Origin: Octopus bimaculoides
Taxonomy: Eukaryota
Direction of reading: 5' to 3'
NCBI RefSeq assembly: GCF_001194135.2
Contig: NC_069004.1
Location: forward strand, 13,158,303 to 13,222,302
DNA: 64,000 bases
The notes beneath the pieces are model-generated. The model did no database searches and had not been told where the DNA came from. It worked only from the letters and a program-made list of their open reading frames with translations. A program made the translations under genes and the position numbers. This document shows positions 52,480 to 64,000 of this stretch, in pieces. The first letter of the stretch is position 1. Each line of letters opens with the position of its first letter.

Positions 52480-52935
52480 ACTTATCTTTTTAAAGCCTGG
52501 TACTTATTCTATCTGTCTCTTTTGTTGAATCACTAAGTTACAGGGACATAAATGCACCAGCACTGGTCGTCAAGTGGTGGTGGTGATGGTGGTAGTGGGG
52601 GACAAACACACACACAAACACAAACACACATACACACAATGGATTTCTTTTGAGTTTCCATCTTCTAAATTCCCAACCACATGGTTTGTGGTTCAGTCCC
52701 ATTGCATGACATCTCGGGCCAATGTTTTCTACTATAGCCTCAGCCCAAACAAAGCCTTGTGAGTAGATTTAGAAGATGGAAACTCAAAAGAAATCTTCTA
52801 AATCCACTCCCAAGGCTTTGTTTGGACTGAGGTTATAGTAGAAAACATTGGCCCAAGATGTCACGCAATGGGACTGAACCACAAACCATGTGGTTGGGAA
52901 GCAAGCGTTTCACCACACAGTTATACCTGCACCTA
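52480..52935 (-). mobile_element. Family A SINE containing an internal inverted duplication
   Basis: 52671-52777 is the reverse complement of 52794-52899 (6 mismatches in about 107 bp). Confidence 0.85.
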
Positions 52936-53908
52936 TATTAGCACCTACTTCATAGGGAAAGATTATAGCCAACCAAATTGAACTGAGACCATGTTTAATC
53001 CTTTAAGATTTAAACTGACCATATCTGGTCAAAGTAAAAAGAGTAAGGACCCCCTTCAGTCATGAATGACCATGGGACTGCACCTAGAAAGTTACCCTCA
53101 GAGGCACAAGTCTGGGCAAGGTTGCTTATGTAAGATCAGCAGTTGCCCATACATATCAGTTTCTCCTCTCCATGCTACCAATGTTATCCAAGGAAAAGGC
53201 AAAGGCTGATACAGTTTGGCACCAGTGACATTGCCACTCATTTCTAGAGCTGAGTGAACTGAAGCAACATGAAAACATGAAGTGTCTTGCTTAAGAACAC
53301 AGCACACAGCTTGGTCTCTGATTCAAACTCACTACCTCATGATAGTGAGCCCGATGCTATAACCACTGAGCTATGCGCCAAAATATTCTACCTGTTTTAT
53401 GCTCAAAGTGGCCAGATCTGGCCTCTTGCACCAATCCTACAATATCATTCTAAAAATGAACAGTTACCTCATCAAAATTTCATAGCTACAAGATAATGCA
53501 TGATTACTTCAAAACAATGTGAACAATAAAATTGCAGCAAAGCTGCATGATTGTGGTGTTAGACGTGGTATGCAGACCATCATATAACTTGTTCTATTCT
53601 TCTCTTCCATTTTATTTTGACATGCACATTGCATTTTTATTCTTCTCTTCCATTTTATGAATTCAGTGTGCATGCACACATTGTGCATTCATTCTTCTTT
53701 TTCTGGTTCCCACTCAAAACTGTTTACAGACCACAACCATCTCACAAACTGCATTTGTGAGGAGCACTTCATGTTCCAATGGTTGTGAAATAAAAGGCAT
53801 TACTTTTGACAGAATAATGTGAATGTTAAAGAGTTAAGACTCATTGCATCAAATATCAGAGGAAAGAAAACTGAAATCAACCCTGCAGAATTTTTAATCG
53901 GAATTTAA

Positions 53909-54134
53909 AAGCTTTCGTTACTGTATTTATTTCGAGATGCTCTGTGTTGCTTTCAATTATTTTAAATATAACAAAGAATTTAGTAAAATAACTTAGTTAT
54001 CATTAAGCTAGTGTTAGGAACATAAATTATGACTAAGGTTTAGTGGAAGATTTTATTTCAAAACTTATGAAAACAAGACATTTGTATGTACTACAGAGCC
54101 AGAGCTGGTTTCAGCCAGGTTGTTATCAAAAGGG
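53909..54134. mobile_element. Second TTAA-flanked MITE family
   Basis: Ends ...GTTATCAAAAGGG-TTAA; homologous copy at about 42852-43080 (CCCTTTCGCTACC...GTTGGTATCAAAAGG). Confidence 0.65.
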
Positions 54135-54991
54135 TTAAATACTCTGAGATATTTATTCTTGTGCCTTGCCTTTACTGCCACAACCTTGTTGTTGAGTTTA
54201 TAAATAAAAATTCATCACACTGGAACAAAGCCACATGTTTCTGAAGAAAGGGTTGGCACTGGTAGCAGTACAAGACAAAGCTGACTCTAGTAGAATTTAA
54301 AACTCAAAATAGAGAGCACTGAAAAAAAAAAAAAAAATACTAAATATTGTAACATATTTCATCTGATACTCCACTGACCCTGTTTTATAAAATATATAAA
54401 GAAAGTAAACTGATTTCCACCATAAACACTGACATCCCATTTGACTGCATTTTCTCTATTTATAGTAGGTTTGTAGCCGAGACATTATTCTGTTACGTAG
54501 CTTTTCTAGCATATATATATATAGATATATACACACAAACTTATAGATACACACATATATTTACATGCAAACAGTATAAACAAATACAAACTATTACTCT
54601 AATCAGATAACACCTCAACTGACTAAATTCTATGTCAACTTCACTATTCTGCTCCTAATCTCTCTGTTTACATTTTGATAGTGAGGGGGGGGGGGCTGGC
54701 TGTGAGAAAAGCAGTTTATAGATTTTAATGTTTTATTTTGGTATGTTGCCCTTAATCTTTTATTTGCAGCAGCCACTTGACTGTGGCCAAACTGGAGCAC
54801 CATCTTTAAGGGTTTCAGATGATTATTATACAGAACACACAACTTCGTTTGGTACCCACTTTACATTAGCATCAAAGTCATTTGGATGTAAAGGGACACA
54901 GCAGGAATGGATTAAAACACCACAGTCAACACGATGATTATTTTTTGTCAACTTTTATTGATACATATGTATGCACATAGACATCATACAT

Positions 54992-55028
<37 letters not shown>

Positions 55029-55760
55029 GGTGGGTATGTGTATGTGTGTGCATGTGTATGTGTGTGCATGTGTATGTGTGTGCATGTGTATGTGTGTGCA
55101 TGTATCTTTGTGTTTGTCCCTCACCAAGGCTTGATGACTGGTATTGGTTTGTTTACGTCCCAGTAATTAAAAGATGGGAAAGAATGGTGCAATCAAGAAA
55201 GACTCGGAATTGCATTGTGATCAGAGGTGTATAACATCTAATAGTCTAATATATTTGTACGAAGACACAAATACATACATATATTCACACACACACATAT
55301 ATATTTGAAGTTGGTGATTCACTATCAATATCCAGAATTTCTGGCTAACTGTGATTTTCCAGGTAAGAAAAACAATGAATCCTTTTGTCACCTGAAGGAT
55401 GACACATAGCATAAAACAAAGAAAGGAAAAAACCTCAAAAAAACTGAGCAGCAACAGAATGGACGGATCAGTTTTAAATTAAAGAATAAATAAAATATTT
55501 ATTACACAGTCCTGAGTCTTCTTTCTCCAGTTAGTACACAGACACACACACTCACAGGCACAGACAATCATTTAAGCTAACTTACAGTCAACAGAGAGAG
55601 TCATGGTTATGTGAACAACACTCATTTGTAATGAGGAGAGGGTAAACTCAAATGCAATCATAACTAAAAACCATGTGGGGAAAAGTCTAGAAGGTTATAA
55701 AGAAAATATAGACAGACGTGAAATAAAAGCCTATGGTCATTTAATCACACAAAAACCTAT

Positions 55761-55812
<52 letters not shown>

Positions 55813-57168
55813 NNNNNNNNNNNNNNNNNNNNNNNNNNNNNNNNNNNNNNNNNNNNNNNNNNNNNNNNNNNNNNNNNNNNNNNNNNNNNNNNNNNNNNNN
55901 NNNNNNNNNNNNNNNNNNNNNNNNNNNNNNNNNNNNNNNNNNNNNNNNNNNNNNNNNNNNNNNNNNNNNNNNNNNNNNNNNNNNNNNNNNNNNNNNNNNN
56001 NNNNNNNNNNNNNNNNNNNNNNNNNNNNNNNNNNNNNNNNNNNNNNNNNNNNNNNNNNNNNNNNNNNNNNNNNNNNNNNNNNNNNNNNNNNNNNNNNNNN
56101 NNNNNNNNNNNNNNNNNNNNNNNNNNNNNNNNNNNNNNNNNNNNNNNNNNNNNNNNNNNNNNNNNNNNNNNNNNNNNNNNNNNNNNNNNNNNNNNNNNNN
56201 NNNNNNNNNNNNNNNNNNNNNNNNNNNNNNNNNNNNNNNNNNNNNNNNNNNNNNNNNNNNNTATTTAAATATATATGTACGTATGTGTATGTATATGCGT
56301 GTATGTGTATGTATATTATGCATGTATGTATATATATATTTAAATATATATGTGTGTATGTATGTATGCAGATGTACACACACATACATACATTTATGTT
56401 TTCATTCATTTATACAATCTAAGCATTCTGTTATATAAAAATACCCACACTAAACACACAGCTATACAACATTGAAGATACATTCAGGTTTAAACAGACA
56501 GACAGGCATATATCCTCCCACGCAAGCAAACAAACAAATAAATACTTAAAGGCTTTGAAAACTTATACGTACATCCATATGGTGTGTGCACACAGACATA
56601 AACACATCCACACTAGACATACACAACCCCTTAATGCAAACATGGAATGGGGGTATGTTGTAATTATATACAATGCCATCAATGTCCTGGTTCCTACCTT
56701 TTGTCTAGAATTTTCTTTTTCAGAATGTTCTTTGTCTAGAATGTTCTTTTTCAGATGGTACTTTCTCTTGATACACAGCCATGATGTTCAACTGCACTCA
56801 AAAAGAGTATGGCAAAGATGCATCATTTGTGGTGTACCACGGAATACACTTAGAAACTATGCAATTCAATTCAAGAAATTAGGTTTTTATGTATATGACA
56901 ACATGAATATTTAGTCTGAGAGTAACTAGAGTTACTATAATCAACCTGAGCTCTCACAGAACTGGTGAGAACAATGTGTTTGGTGTTCAACTTTAAATAT
57001 GCCTGAGTTTCAAAAAACAAAAAAGCTTCAATCTGACCATGACTATCAACACCAAATCATTTATTACAATATACAAAACGTGTATCTGTCTGTCCGTCTA
57101 TATTCACACAGGTGAGTACAAAAGTTCAAAACAAGTTGGAAAAAATAGTACTAGAATATCAAAGGTAG

Positions 57169-57330
57169 AGTAATATGCCTTTTAATATTAAAGCTGCAAA
57201 AGTATTACAAAACTGTTACTCAGAGTTTCATATTCTTGTTTGTTGGACAATTGTTTTCATCACAACTGTCCAACAAATGGGAACATGAAACTCTGAGTAA
57301 CAGTTTTACAATAATTTTGCAGCTTTAATA
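57169..57330. repeat. Palindromic MITE-like element; shorter relative at 15601-15741
   Basis: TATTAAAGCTGCAAAA..AACTGTTACTCAGAGTTTCA..GTTGGACA / TGTCCAAC..TGAAACTCTGAGTAACAGTT..TTTTGCAGCTTTAATA. Both copies share the AGAGTAATATGC sub-terminal sequence. Confidence 0.75.
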
Positions 57331-57531
57331 AAACATATCTATCTATCTATATACATATATATGTTTTATATATATATATAAATATTATATATATATTATA
57401 TATATTATATATATATTATATATATATTATANNNNNNNNNNNNNNNNNNNNNNNNNNNNNNNNNNNNNNNNNNNNNNNNNNNNNNNNNNNNNNNNNNNNN
57501 NNNNNNNNNNNNNNNNNNNNNNNNNNNNNNN

Positions 57532-57563
<32 letters not shown>

Positions 57564-57756
57564 GTTATGTTTTCATATATAAAGGGAAAATTTTGTGTGT
57601 ATAACTATGATGTTTGAGTGACCTGATGAGCTAGCTTTCTTTATTTGCATTAATTTGTGAATATACAATTTTAGTGTATAATGTTGAGTGTACATAGTAA
57701 TGCAAATTGGTACACGTAATTTCTTCTATAGTGAAACTAATAATACATGAAGAAGG

Positions 57757-58405
57757 TTTCTGTCTACTAAATCCACTCACAAGGCTTTGGTTGGCCCTGG
57801 GCTGTAATAGAAGACACTTGCTGAAGGTGCCATGCAGAGGGACTCAATCTGGAACCATGTGGTTAGGAAGCAAGCTTCAAACTACACAGCCATGCCTTTG
57901 CATAGCTGAACTACTAAGTTATGGGGATGTAAACACACGAACACCAGTTGTCAAGTGGTGGTAGAGGACAAACAGAGACACAAAGATATGCACGTGTATA
58001 CAACAGGCTTCTTTCAGTTTCTGTCTATGAAATCCACTCACAAGGCTTTGGTCAGCTCAAGTAGAAGACATTTGCCCAAGGCACCATGCAGTGAGACTGA
58101 ACTCAGAACTATGTGGTTGGGAAGCAAGTTCTTAACACACAACCATGCCTTTGCATAACTGAACTACTAAGTTATGGGGATGTAAACACACCAACACCAG
58201 TTTTCAAGTGTTGGTAGAGGACAAACACACACATATGACACAAAGACACACACATGTATATGACAGGCTTCATTCAGTTTCCATCTACAAAATCCACTCG
58301 AGCTTTTGGTCAGCTTGAGCTGAAGACACTTGCCCAAGGTACCATGCAGTGGGATTGAACCCAGAATTATGTGGTTGGGAAGCAAGCTTTTTACCACACA
58401 AATAT
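57757..58405 (-). mobile_element. Tandem array of family A SINE segments, period about 253 bp
   Basis: The same head-to-body junction CCATGCCTTTGCATA.CTGAACTACTAAGTTATGGGG occurs at about 57890 and 58143. Confidence 0.8.
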
Positions 58406-58448
58406 ACCTAAATACCTATATTATGCAATGAATAGTTTTACATATATA

Positions 58449-58850
58449 GGCGCAGGAGTGGCTGTGTGGTAAGTAGCTTGCTTACCAACCACATGGTTCC
58501 GGGTTCAGTCCCACTGCGTGGCACCTTGGGCAAGTGTGTTCTACTATAGCCTCGGGCCGACCAAAGCCGTATGAGTGGATTTGGTATACAGAAACTGAAA
58601 GAAGCCCATCATATATATGTATATATATATATGTGTGTGTTTGTGTGTCTGTGTTTGTCCCCCTAGCATTGCTTGACAACCGATGCTGGTGTGTTTATGT
58701 CCCTGTCACTTAGCGGTTCGGCAAAAGAGACCGATAGAATAAGTACTAGGCTTACAAAGAATAAGTCCCAGGGTCGATTTGTTCGACTAAAGGCGGTGCT
58801 CCAGCTTGGCCGCAGTCAAATGACTGAAACAAATAAAAGAGTAAAAGAGT
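58449..58850 (+). mobile_element. Full-length tRNA/CORE-type SINE with internal microsatellite (family A)
   Basis: GGCGCAGGAG-TGGCTGTGTGG (A box), GGTTCAGTCCC (B box), CORE-like GCACCTTGGGCAAGTG, internal (TA)/(TG) tract, GTAAAAGA tail; more than 20 copies in the window. Confidence 0.9.
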
Positions 58851-61800
58851 ATATCCTTGAAGCAACCAAGACAAGGATCTGTCTGCAATGTAAAGACAGA
58901 TGGCGCAGTGGTACAAATTGGCTACTAATTCTCAAAACCCATGCATTTGCATGTGAACCCTATGCTGTCCCCCACATATGGGAAATAACCAATAATAACC
59001 AATTAGCAAAATAAATCAACCCCCCGATATATTGCAGCCTATGTTGCTAGTGTACTTTTGTATAGTAGTAGCAACTGTGTCACGTACTTCAGATAAGATG
59101 ATATCTTAAATCAGTGAGTGAGGGTAGTGGTTTTATACACATTGATTAGAACTGGTATGTCAAGTAGGACAGATATACAGCATATGAAATGGTTGCTTAT
59201 CAAATGATATATTTGATGGTAAACTGATATATTTACAGCCTACAAATGTTAGTACTTAAAGGGACAAAAACAAAAACAAAAAAACAAAACAGCAAAGGGC
59301 TGCCAGAAGTGGTACTTAAGTACCAAATGCATTGAGGTGCCACTAGAAACAAATGAGAAGTGGTTGATGTTATAGAGAGAAACTGATTGTTATTTATAAC
59401 TGAGCAAATAACAATTGTTATAACAGACTGCAAGTAACAATCTAGTGATTAGTTATGGCTAACTGACAGGTTTGTTGTTTTTGGTACAACCACATGTAAC
59501 ATGTTTAGACCAGGTCAGCTCTAACAGAACAACCCTATGATCAAAGACTTTCCAGACATAAATTAGCCCTTCAGTTATTTTTTTTTTTAATCCCAGAGAG
59601 CATCTCTGGCACTATACTGTCAAATGTGTCCTTCATTTTTTAAGAGGGTAGTTTTTGATTTGATTGAGATTTGGTTACTATTTCCAGCAAATCATAGGAT
59701 TATGTAGAGCATCCTTTTGCAAGAACTGGACTGCATGAGATAGGGCTCATTATCTGGCAGACTACACTATTAAAAAAGAATTTCAAGATAATTTTCTGTT
59801 AGACTTGCCATTCAGTAAGTCCACCAGGTTGCAGTTTGCCCATGACTGATGTAAAAGCTTCCACATATTTGTATGTGCTCAACTTTATCATTTATCATCT
59901 AATTAAGCCATGACCACCCCCATGTCTTCCTTTTCTATCTTATCCAGGACTACTTTATTAGGAGATTTGGCTGCTATTATCAGCAACTCCAGCAACCATG
60001 AAGAAGCTTCTTTATTGCTTTGAGAGTCTTTAAGTACCAAACTATCCTACAAACAGAAATCAATCGAAAATTTTATGTGGAAGCAAATGGATTCAGAGCA
60101 TTGACTTTATTTTCAGACACAAAGACACAGACCTGTGAAACAGCAAGCACAGGCTGGATTGGAAATGTTTTTATGCTCTTGCAAACTAAAATGAATAAGA
60201 TATGAAAAGGATTCTGACCCCCCACCCAAGTGACTAAAGGTGGACTGACTCCTTGTTATAAAACAAAGAACCATAAGCGATTGGCAGTTCAGGTTGGTAA
60301 GCAGTTCACTGTGAGCCGTTGATATAGACAGCTGAGAGGGTTTTTTTGTCTTGCAAGTTACTTGGTGGCCCTGTCAGTGCCAGTGTCACATGAAAAGCAC
60401 CAGTGCTGGTGCCACGTGAAAAGTACTGGTGCTGGAGCCACATAAAAAGCATCCAGTTCACTCTGTAAATTGGTTGGCATTAAGAAGGGCATCCAGATGT
60501 AGAAACCAAGCCAAAACAGACAACAGAACCTGGTGTAGATGCTGACTTCCTGTCAAGCCATCCAACCCATGCCAGCATGGAAAAAAGATGTTAAATGATG
60601 ATGATGATTTGACCAATACTTTATTGGTACTCCTCATGCACCTGCAAGGACGAAAACTAGCTGACATTATCTTTAAACGAAAGATACCTATGATGGGGAA
60701 AGTGTTTTAATAAATTATTAGCTCATTTTTGCAGTTAAGAAAACAGCCTTCATTTTGACATTAATAATAAATTAACAGTTAATAAGTCAGGCTGGGTTGG
60801 AGGAAAAACCAGAGTTATAAATCAATATTTACAGGCCCTTTAATTAATCCTATTTCCTTATGCTAACAACTAAACAAGAGAGCCTCTATATCGAGCATGA
60901 ACAACCTTTTATGAGAAGTAGAAAGCATGAGATATGGCAAATCATAAGGTGGGCTGCACTATTAAAAAAACAATTCAACATAATGTTTTTTGTTGGGTGT
61001 CATTCAGAAAGTCCAGTAGGCAGCAGTTTGTTCATGGCTGTTTTATACTGTCACTGAAACTGCTAGAAATAGCAACAAAATCCAGGCTGACATGGAAACC
61101 TCCACATTATTGCTTGATTTGCAAATAATAGCAAAATCTTCCTCCAATCTTATTGTACCATGTGAAAAAAGGGGCTATGCTTGATAATGTCATAGATAGG
61201 ATTGAAAAATAAAAGGATGGTCATGGTTGGAAAGTCTTTGACCATGGGTCTGCTCAATTGCGGTTGACCTGGGGTTATATACCAATCATTCGAAGAAACC
61301 ACACACAGATTGGAGTATGGTTTATAGAAATTTACTATGAGGTCACACACTGCAAGATACACAATACAAGACACACAGAAAAACAATAATATAACACATG
61401 CACATGTGCACGTACACACACACACACACAAGCTCTTTCTAAAGAGTTTCAACTGAATCTGATCAAGGAGGAATGACAGTGAACTTAAGAAGGCATAACT
61501 TAATCCTACATAGAACTAGTGTCTCTGGCCAAAGTGGTTACAACATCCAAGGTAACTTGGCCTGAGGCACCTGATCAGACAAAGAGTAGCAGAAAATGTG
61601 GCAGTAGAGTGGTATCTAAGAGTCACGATTTGGACACAGCCCAAGCCTCAGCCCCTCAGAGTATAAGGAGCTAAAGGCTGAAGCACTCGCATAGGTAGTG
61701 GTGGTGGTGGTTGAATTTCTTATTGAACGGACCTGCTGTTCAGCTCTTTCTATATATAGTTTCAGAATACTGCCTAAGAAGGGGAACAGCTCTAGGAAGT

Positions 61801-62403
61801 TCATACAGAAATATATCGAGTGTCCCATTACTAAGGCAGCATTGAAACTTCAATATGTTAAATACTGTTTTGCTTATGGGACACTTGATATAAAAACATA
61901 AATATTACAAATATGCATAAACATGTGAAAATATTTGGAAATTTGTAGAGGAAAACACGTGCATGTAATATATTTTTGTGTATACATGATGATGATGATG
62001 ATATATATATATATGTATATACACACACACAATCCTTAGATACCGTGTATACAATATTCATTACAGATGACTGCTTGTGTCTACAATAGAAGGTATTAGT
62101 TAAATAAATCGACTAAAAGAGGTCACCTAAGCACTTATTACTACTCCACATGCCACCCTCTCCTCTGAGATGTTTCTGGGAGTTAGTCAACCTCCACCCC
62201 TCCAAACTACTGCCTAACGGCATATTGATTAACCCCAGGTCAGAGCTGATGAGATAAACCTATTATCAGAACATTCCAGCTGTATCACAATCCCATCTCA
62301 TTTCAGACAAAGATTCCAAGACAACATTATACAATGTATTCTTTCATTTTTCTGCTATTGTTTAGATCAAGGTCAGCTCTGATCAAGCAGGCCAAGTATT
62401 CTA

Positions 62404-62449
<46 letters not shown>

Positions 62450-63964
62450 TATGTATGTATGTATGTATGCATGCATGCATGCATGCNNNNNNNNNNNNNN
62501 NNNNNNNNNNNNNNNNNNNNNNNNNNNNNNNNNNNNNNNNNNNNNNNNNNNNNNNNNNNNNNNNNNNNNNNNNNNNNNNNNNNNNNNNNNNNNNNNNNNN
62601 NNNNNNNNNNNNNNNNNNNNNNNNNNNNNNNNNNNNNNNNNNNNNNNNNNNNNNNNNNNNNNNNNNNNNNNNNNNNNNNNNNNNNNNNNNNNNNNNNNNN
62701 NNNNNNNNNNNNNNNNNNNNNNNNNNNNNNNNNNNNNNNNNNNNNNNNNNNNNNNNNNNNNNNNNNNNNNNNNNNNNNNNNNNNNNNNNNNNNNNNNNNN
62801 NNNNNNNNNNNNNNNNNNNNNNNNNNNNNNNNNNNNNNNNNNNNNNNNNNNNNNNNNNNNNNNNNNNNNNNNNNNNNNNNNNNNNNNNNNNNNNNNNNNN
62901 NNNNNNNNNNNNNNNNNNNNNNNNNNNNNNNNNNNNNNNNNNNNNNNNNNNNNNNNNNNNNNNNNNNNNNNNNNNNNNNNNNNNNNNNNNNNNNNNNNNN
63001 NNNNNNNNNNNNNNNNNNNNNNNNNNNNNNNNNNNNNNNNNNNNNNNNNNNNNNNNNNNNNNNNNNNNNNNNNNNNNNNNNNNNNNNNNNNNNNNNNNNN
63101 NNNNNNNNNNNNNNNNNNNNNNNNNNNNNNGATTACTCTGTTAAATATGTTTACTTATTCACATTGTCATGGATTAATCATGCATTATCTTGTAGCATCA
63201 AGATTTTACTGATAGGATTGTATATTTCTAGAATGAGCAGTTCACCAAAAAAACCAATAGGACAAGTAAGTACCCAACTTCAAAAATATTGAAGCGCTGG
63301 GGTTGACTCATTTGACTAAAAATTCTTTAAGGCAGTGCCCCAGAATGGCCACAGTCTGAGGAGTGAAACCAGTAAAAGATACAAAATATAAAAGATAAAT
63401 GATATACTATATATATATATATATATATATATTGATAGAAAAGGTATGACAACAAAAGAAAGAAAGAGACTTCGATATTGTGTAAATAGAGGAATTTATC
63501 TGTATGAAGTACTGAAGAAAGACCTCAAGAGGCAGAAGCTTTCAGGTGAGATGACAAAGGACCAAGATACCTGACACCTGGCCATACTGAAGAAGACCTG
63601 TACCCTACAGCGGAAGTGTTAAGATCAATTCTTCTGGTGGTGTAAAGCACTTGTGGTAGTTGCCATGTAAAAATGCCCATATGGCACCATGTAAAAGCAT
63701 TCGTGCAATGGCAGGTAAAAGCACCTCCATGCAGCACCACATAAAAGTGTCTATGTGGTGCCACATAAAAGTGCCTGTGTGGTGTCACGTAAAAGCTCCC
63801 AGTACACAGTGAAGAGGTTGGCTTTAGGAAAGGTATCTAGCCATAGAAACCATGCCAAATCAGACTGGTGTGTGGTACATCCCCACTCCCCAGCTTGCCA
63901 GCTCTGGTCACACCGTCCACCTCATGCCAGCATGGACAATGGATGTTAAATGTCGATGATGATG

Positions 63965-64000
<36 letters not shown>

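Noticed and set aside
56555-56914. 119-aa ORF with GVPRNTLRNY resembling a psq-type HTH
   Set aside because: Only a short motif matches, the N-terminus is microsatellite-like, and there is no supporting transposase or exon context.
62238-62290. CTGATGA-GATAA/TTATC hairpin
   Set aside because: Followed by AGAA rather than GAAA, with no stem I or III; it resembles a diverged copy of a common repeat.

Overview
AT-rich, gapped eukaryotic scaffold that is almost entirely intronic or intergenic. It is most likely a coleoid cephalopod, probably Octopus; this is inferred from the tRNA/CORE-type SINE families and the microsatellite landscape, not from a database search. No host protein-coding gene can be identified with confidence. 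Most listed ORFs are microsatellite read-throughs or antisense frames of decayed transposon ORFs. The window contains at least four tRNA-derived SINE families, several decayed RTE-clade LINE fragments, a Tc1 and a mariner transposase relic, TA-flanked mariner MITEs, TTAA-flanked piggyBac-type MITEs, a hAT MITE, long hairpin elements, many microsatellites and ten N-gaps. The most notable signal is a set of hammerhead ribozyme (HHR) motifs of at least three sequence types. One is an intact type I HHR at 8972-9063 (+). A second is an extended type I HHR with a single core mutation at 50566-50635 (-), directly 3' of an RTE ORF2 relic. The third is a family of minimal Penelope-type HHRs on the minus strand at about 8581, 20107 and 33461, two of which have an unusual CUGUUGA core. 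All structures were paired by eye, and repeat boundaries are approximate unless a TSD is given.
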